A stretch of 64,000 bases of DNA from a virus. Location: positions 1 through 64,000 of IMG/VR virus record IMGVR_UViG_3300048854_000126, one strand, 5' to 3'. The stretch's first letter is position 1. Every line of letters starts with the position of its first letter. The notes under the pieces were generated by a model, which saw only the letters and a list, made by a program, of their open reading frames with translations, was not told the origin of the DNA and made no database searches. Positions 63,985-64,000 of the stretch are shown here, in pieces. Position numbers and translations under genes: made by a program.

Positions 63985-64000
63985 GATCGGGTGCCTAATA

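Noticed and set aside
1-64000. Integrase, transposase or tRNA genes
   Set aside because: None recognised in this window by eye; their absence elsewhere on the replicon cannot be judged

Overview
This GC-rich 64 kb window is part of a large temperate phage-plasmid with an SSU5/pHCM2-like gene set. The host is probably a Burkholderiaceae member, inferred from GC content and the small host-type genes. From left to right it contains: the end of the tail-fibre module; a complete lysis cassette (holin, SLT endolysin, Rz with embedded Rz1); phoH; an Hfq/Sm-like gene; DnaB, primase, a WGR protein and DNA ligase; a block of host-like accessory genes with a LexA box; a plasmid core (iteron/DnaA-box origin, wHTH Rep, ParA plus an RHH partner, a 4-bp-phased CTAG array, XRE repressor); CobT/CobS; a sigma factor; DnaE fused to a degenerate UDG-like domain; a T4-like recombination set (UvsY, gp32-like SSB, 5'-3' exonuclease, RecA, SbcDC, RuvC); nucleotide metabolism genes (NrdAB, ThyX, MazG, kinase, Nmad5); DnaQ; RNase H; and many small early-type ORFs. 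The most notable unexplained signals are: (1) an element-encoded Hfq-like protein together with several highly structured intergenic RNAs; (2) a shared C-terminal G[ST]W-stop peptide on unrelated proteins; (3) about 18 copies of an 18-bp palindromic operator ATAGTMA-N4-TKACTAT; (4) six fixed-spacing ATCC-hairpin-GANAMT intergenic cassettes. All family calls come from motif recognition by eye; no database searches or folding computations were run.
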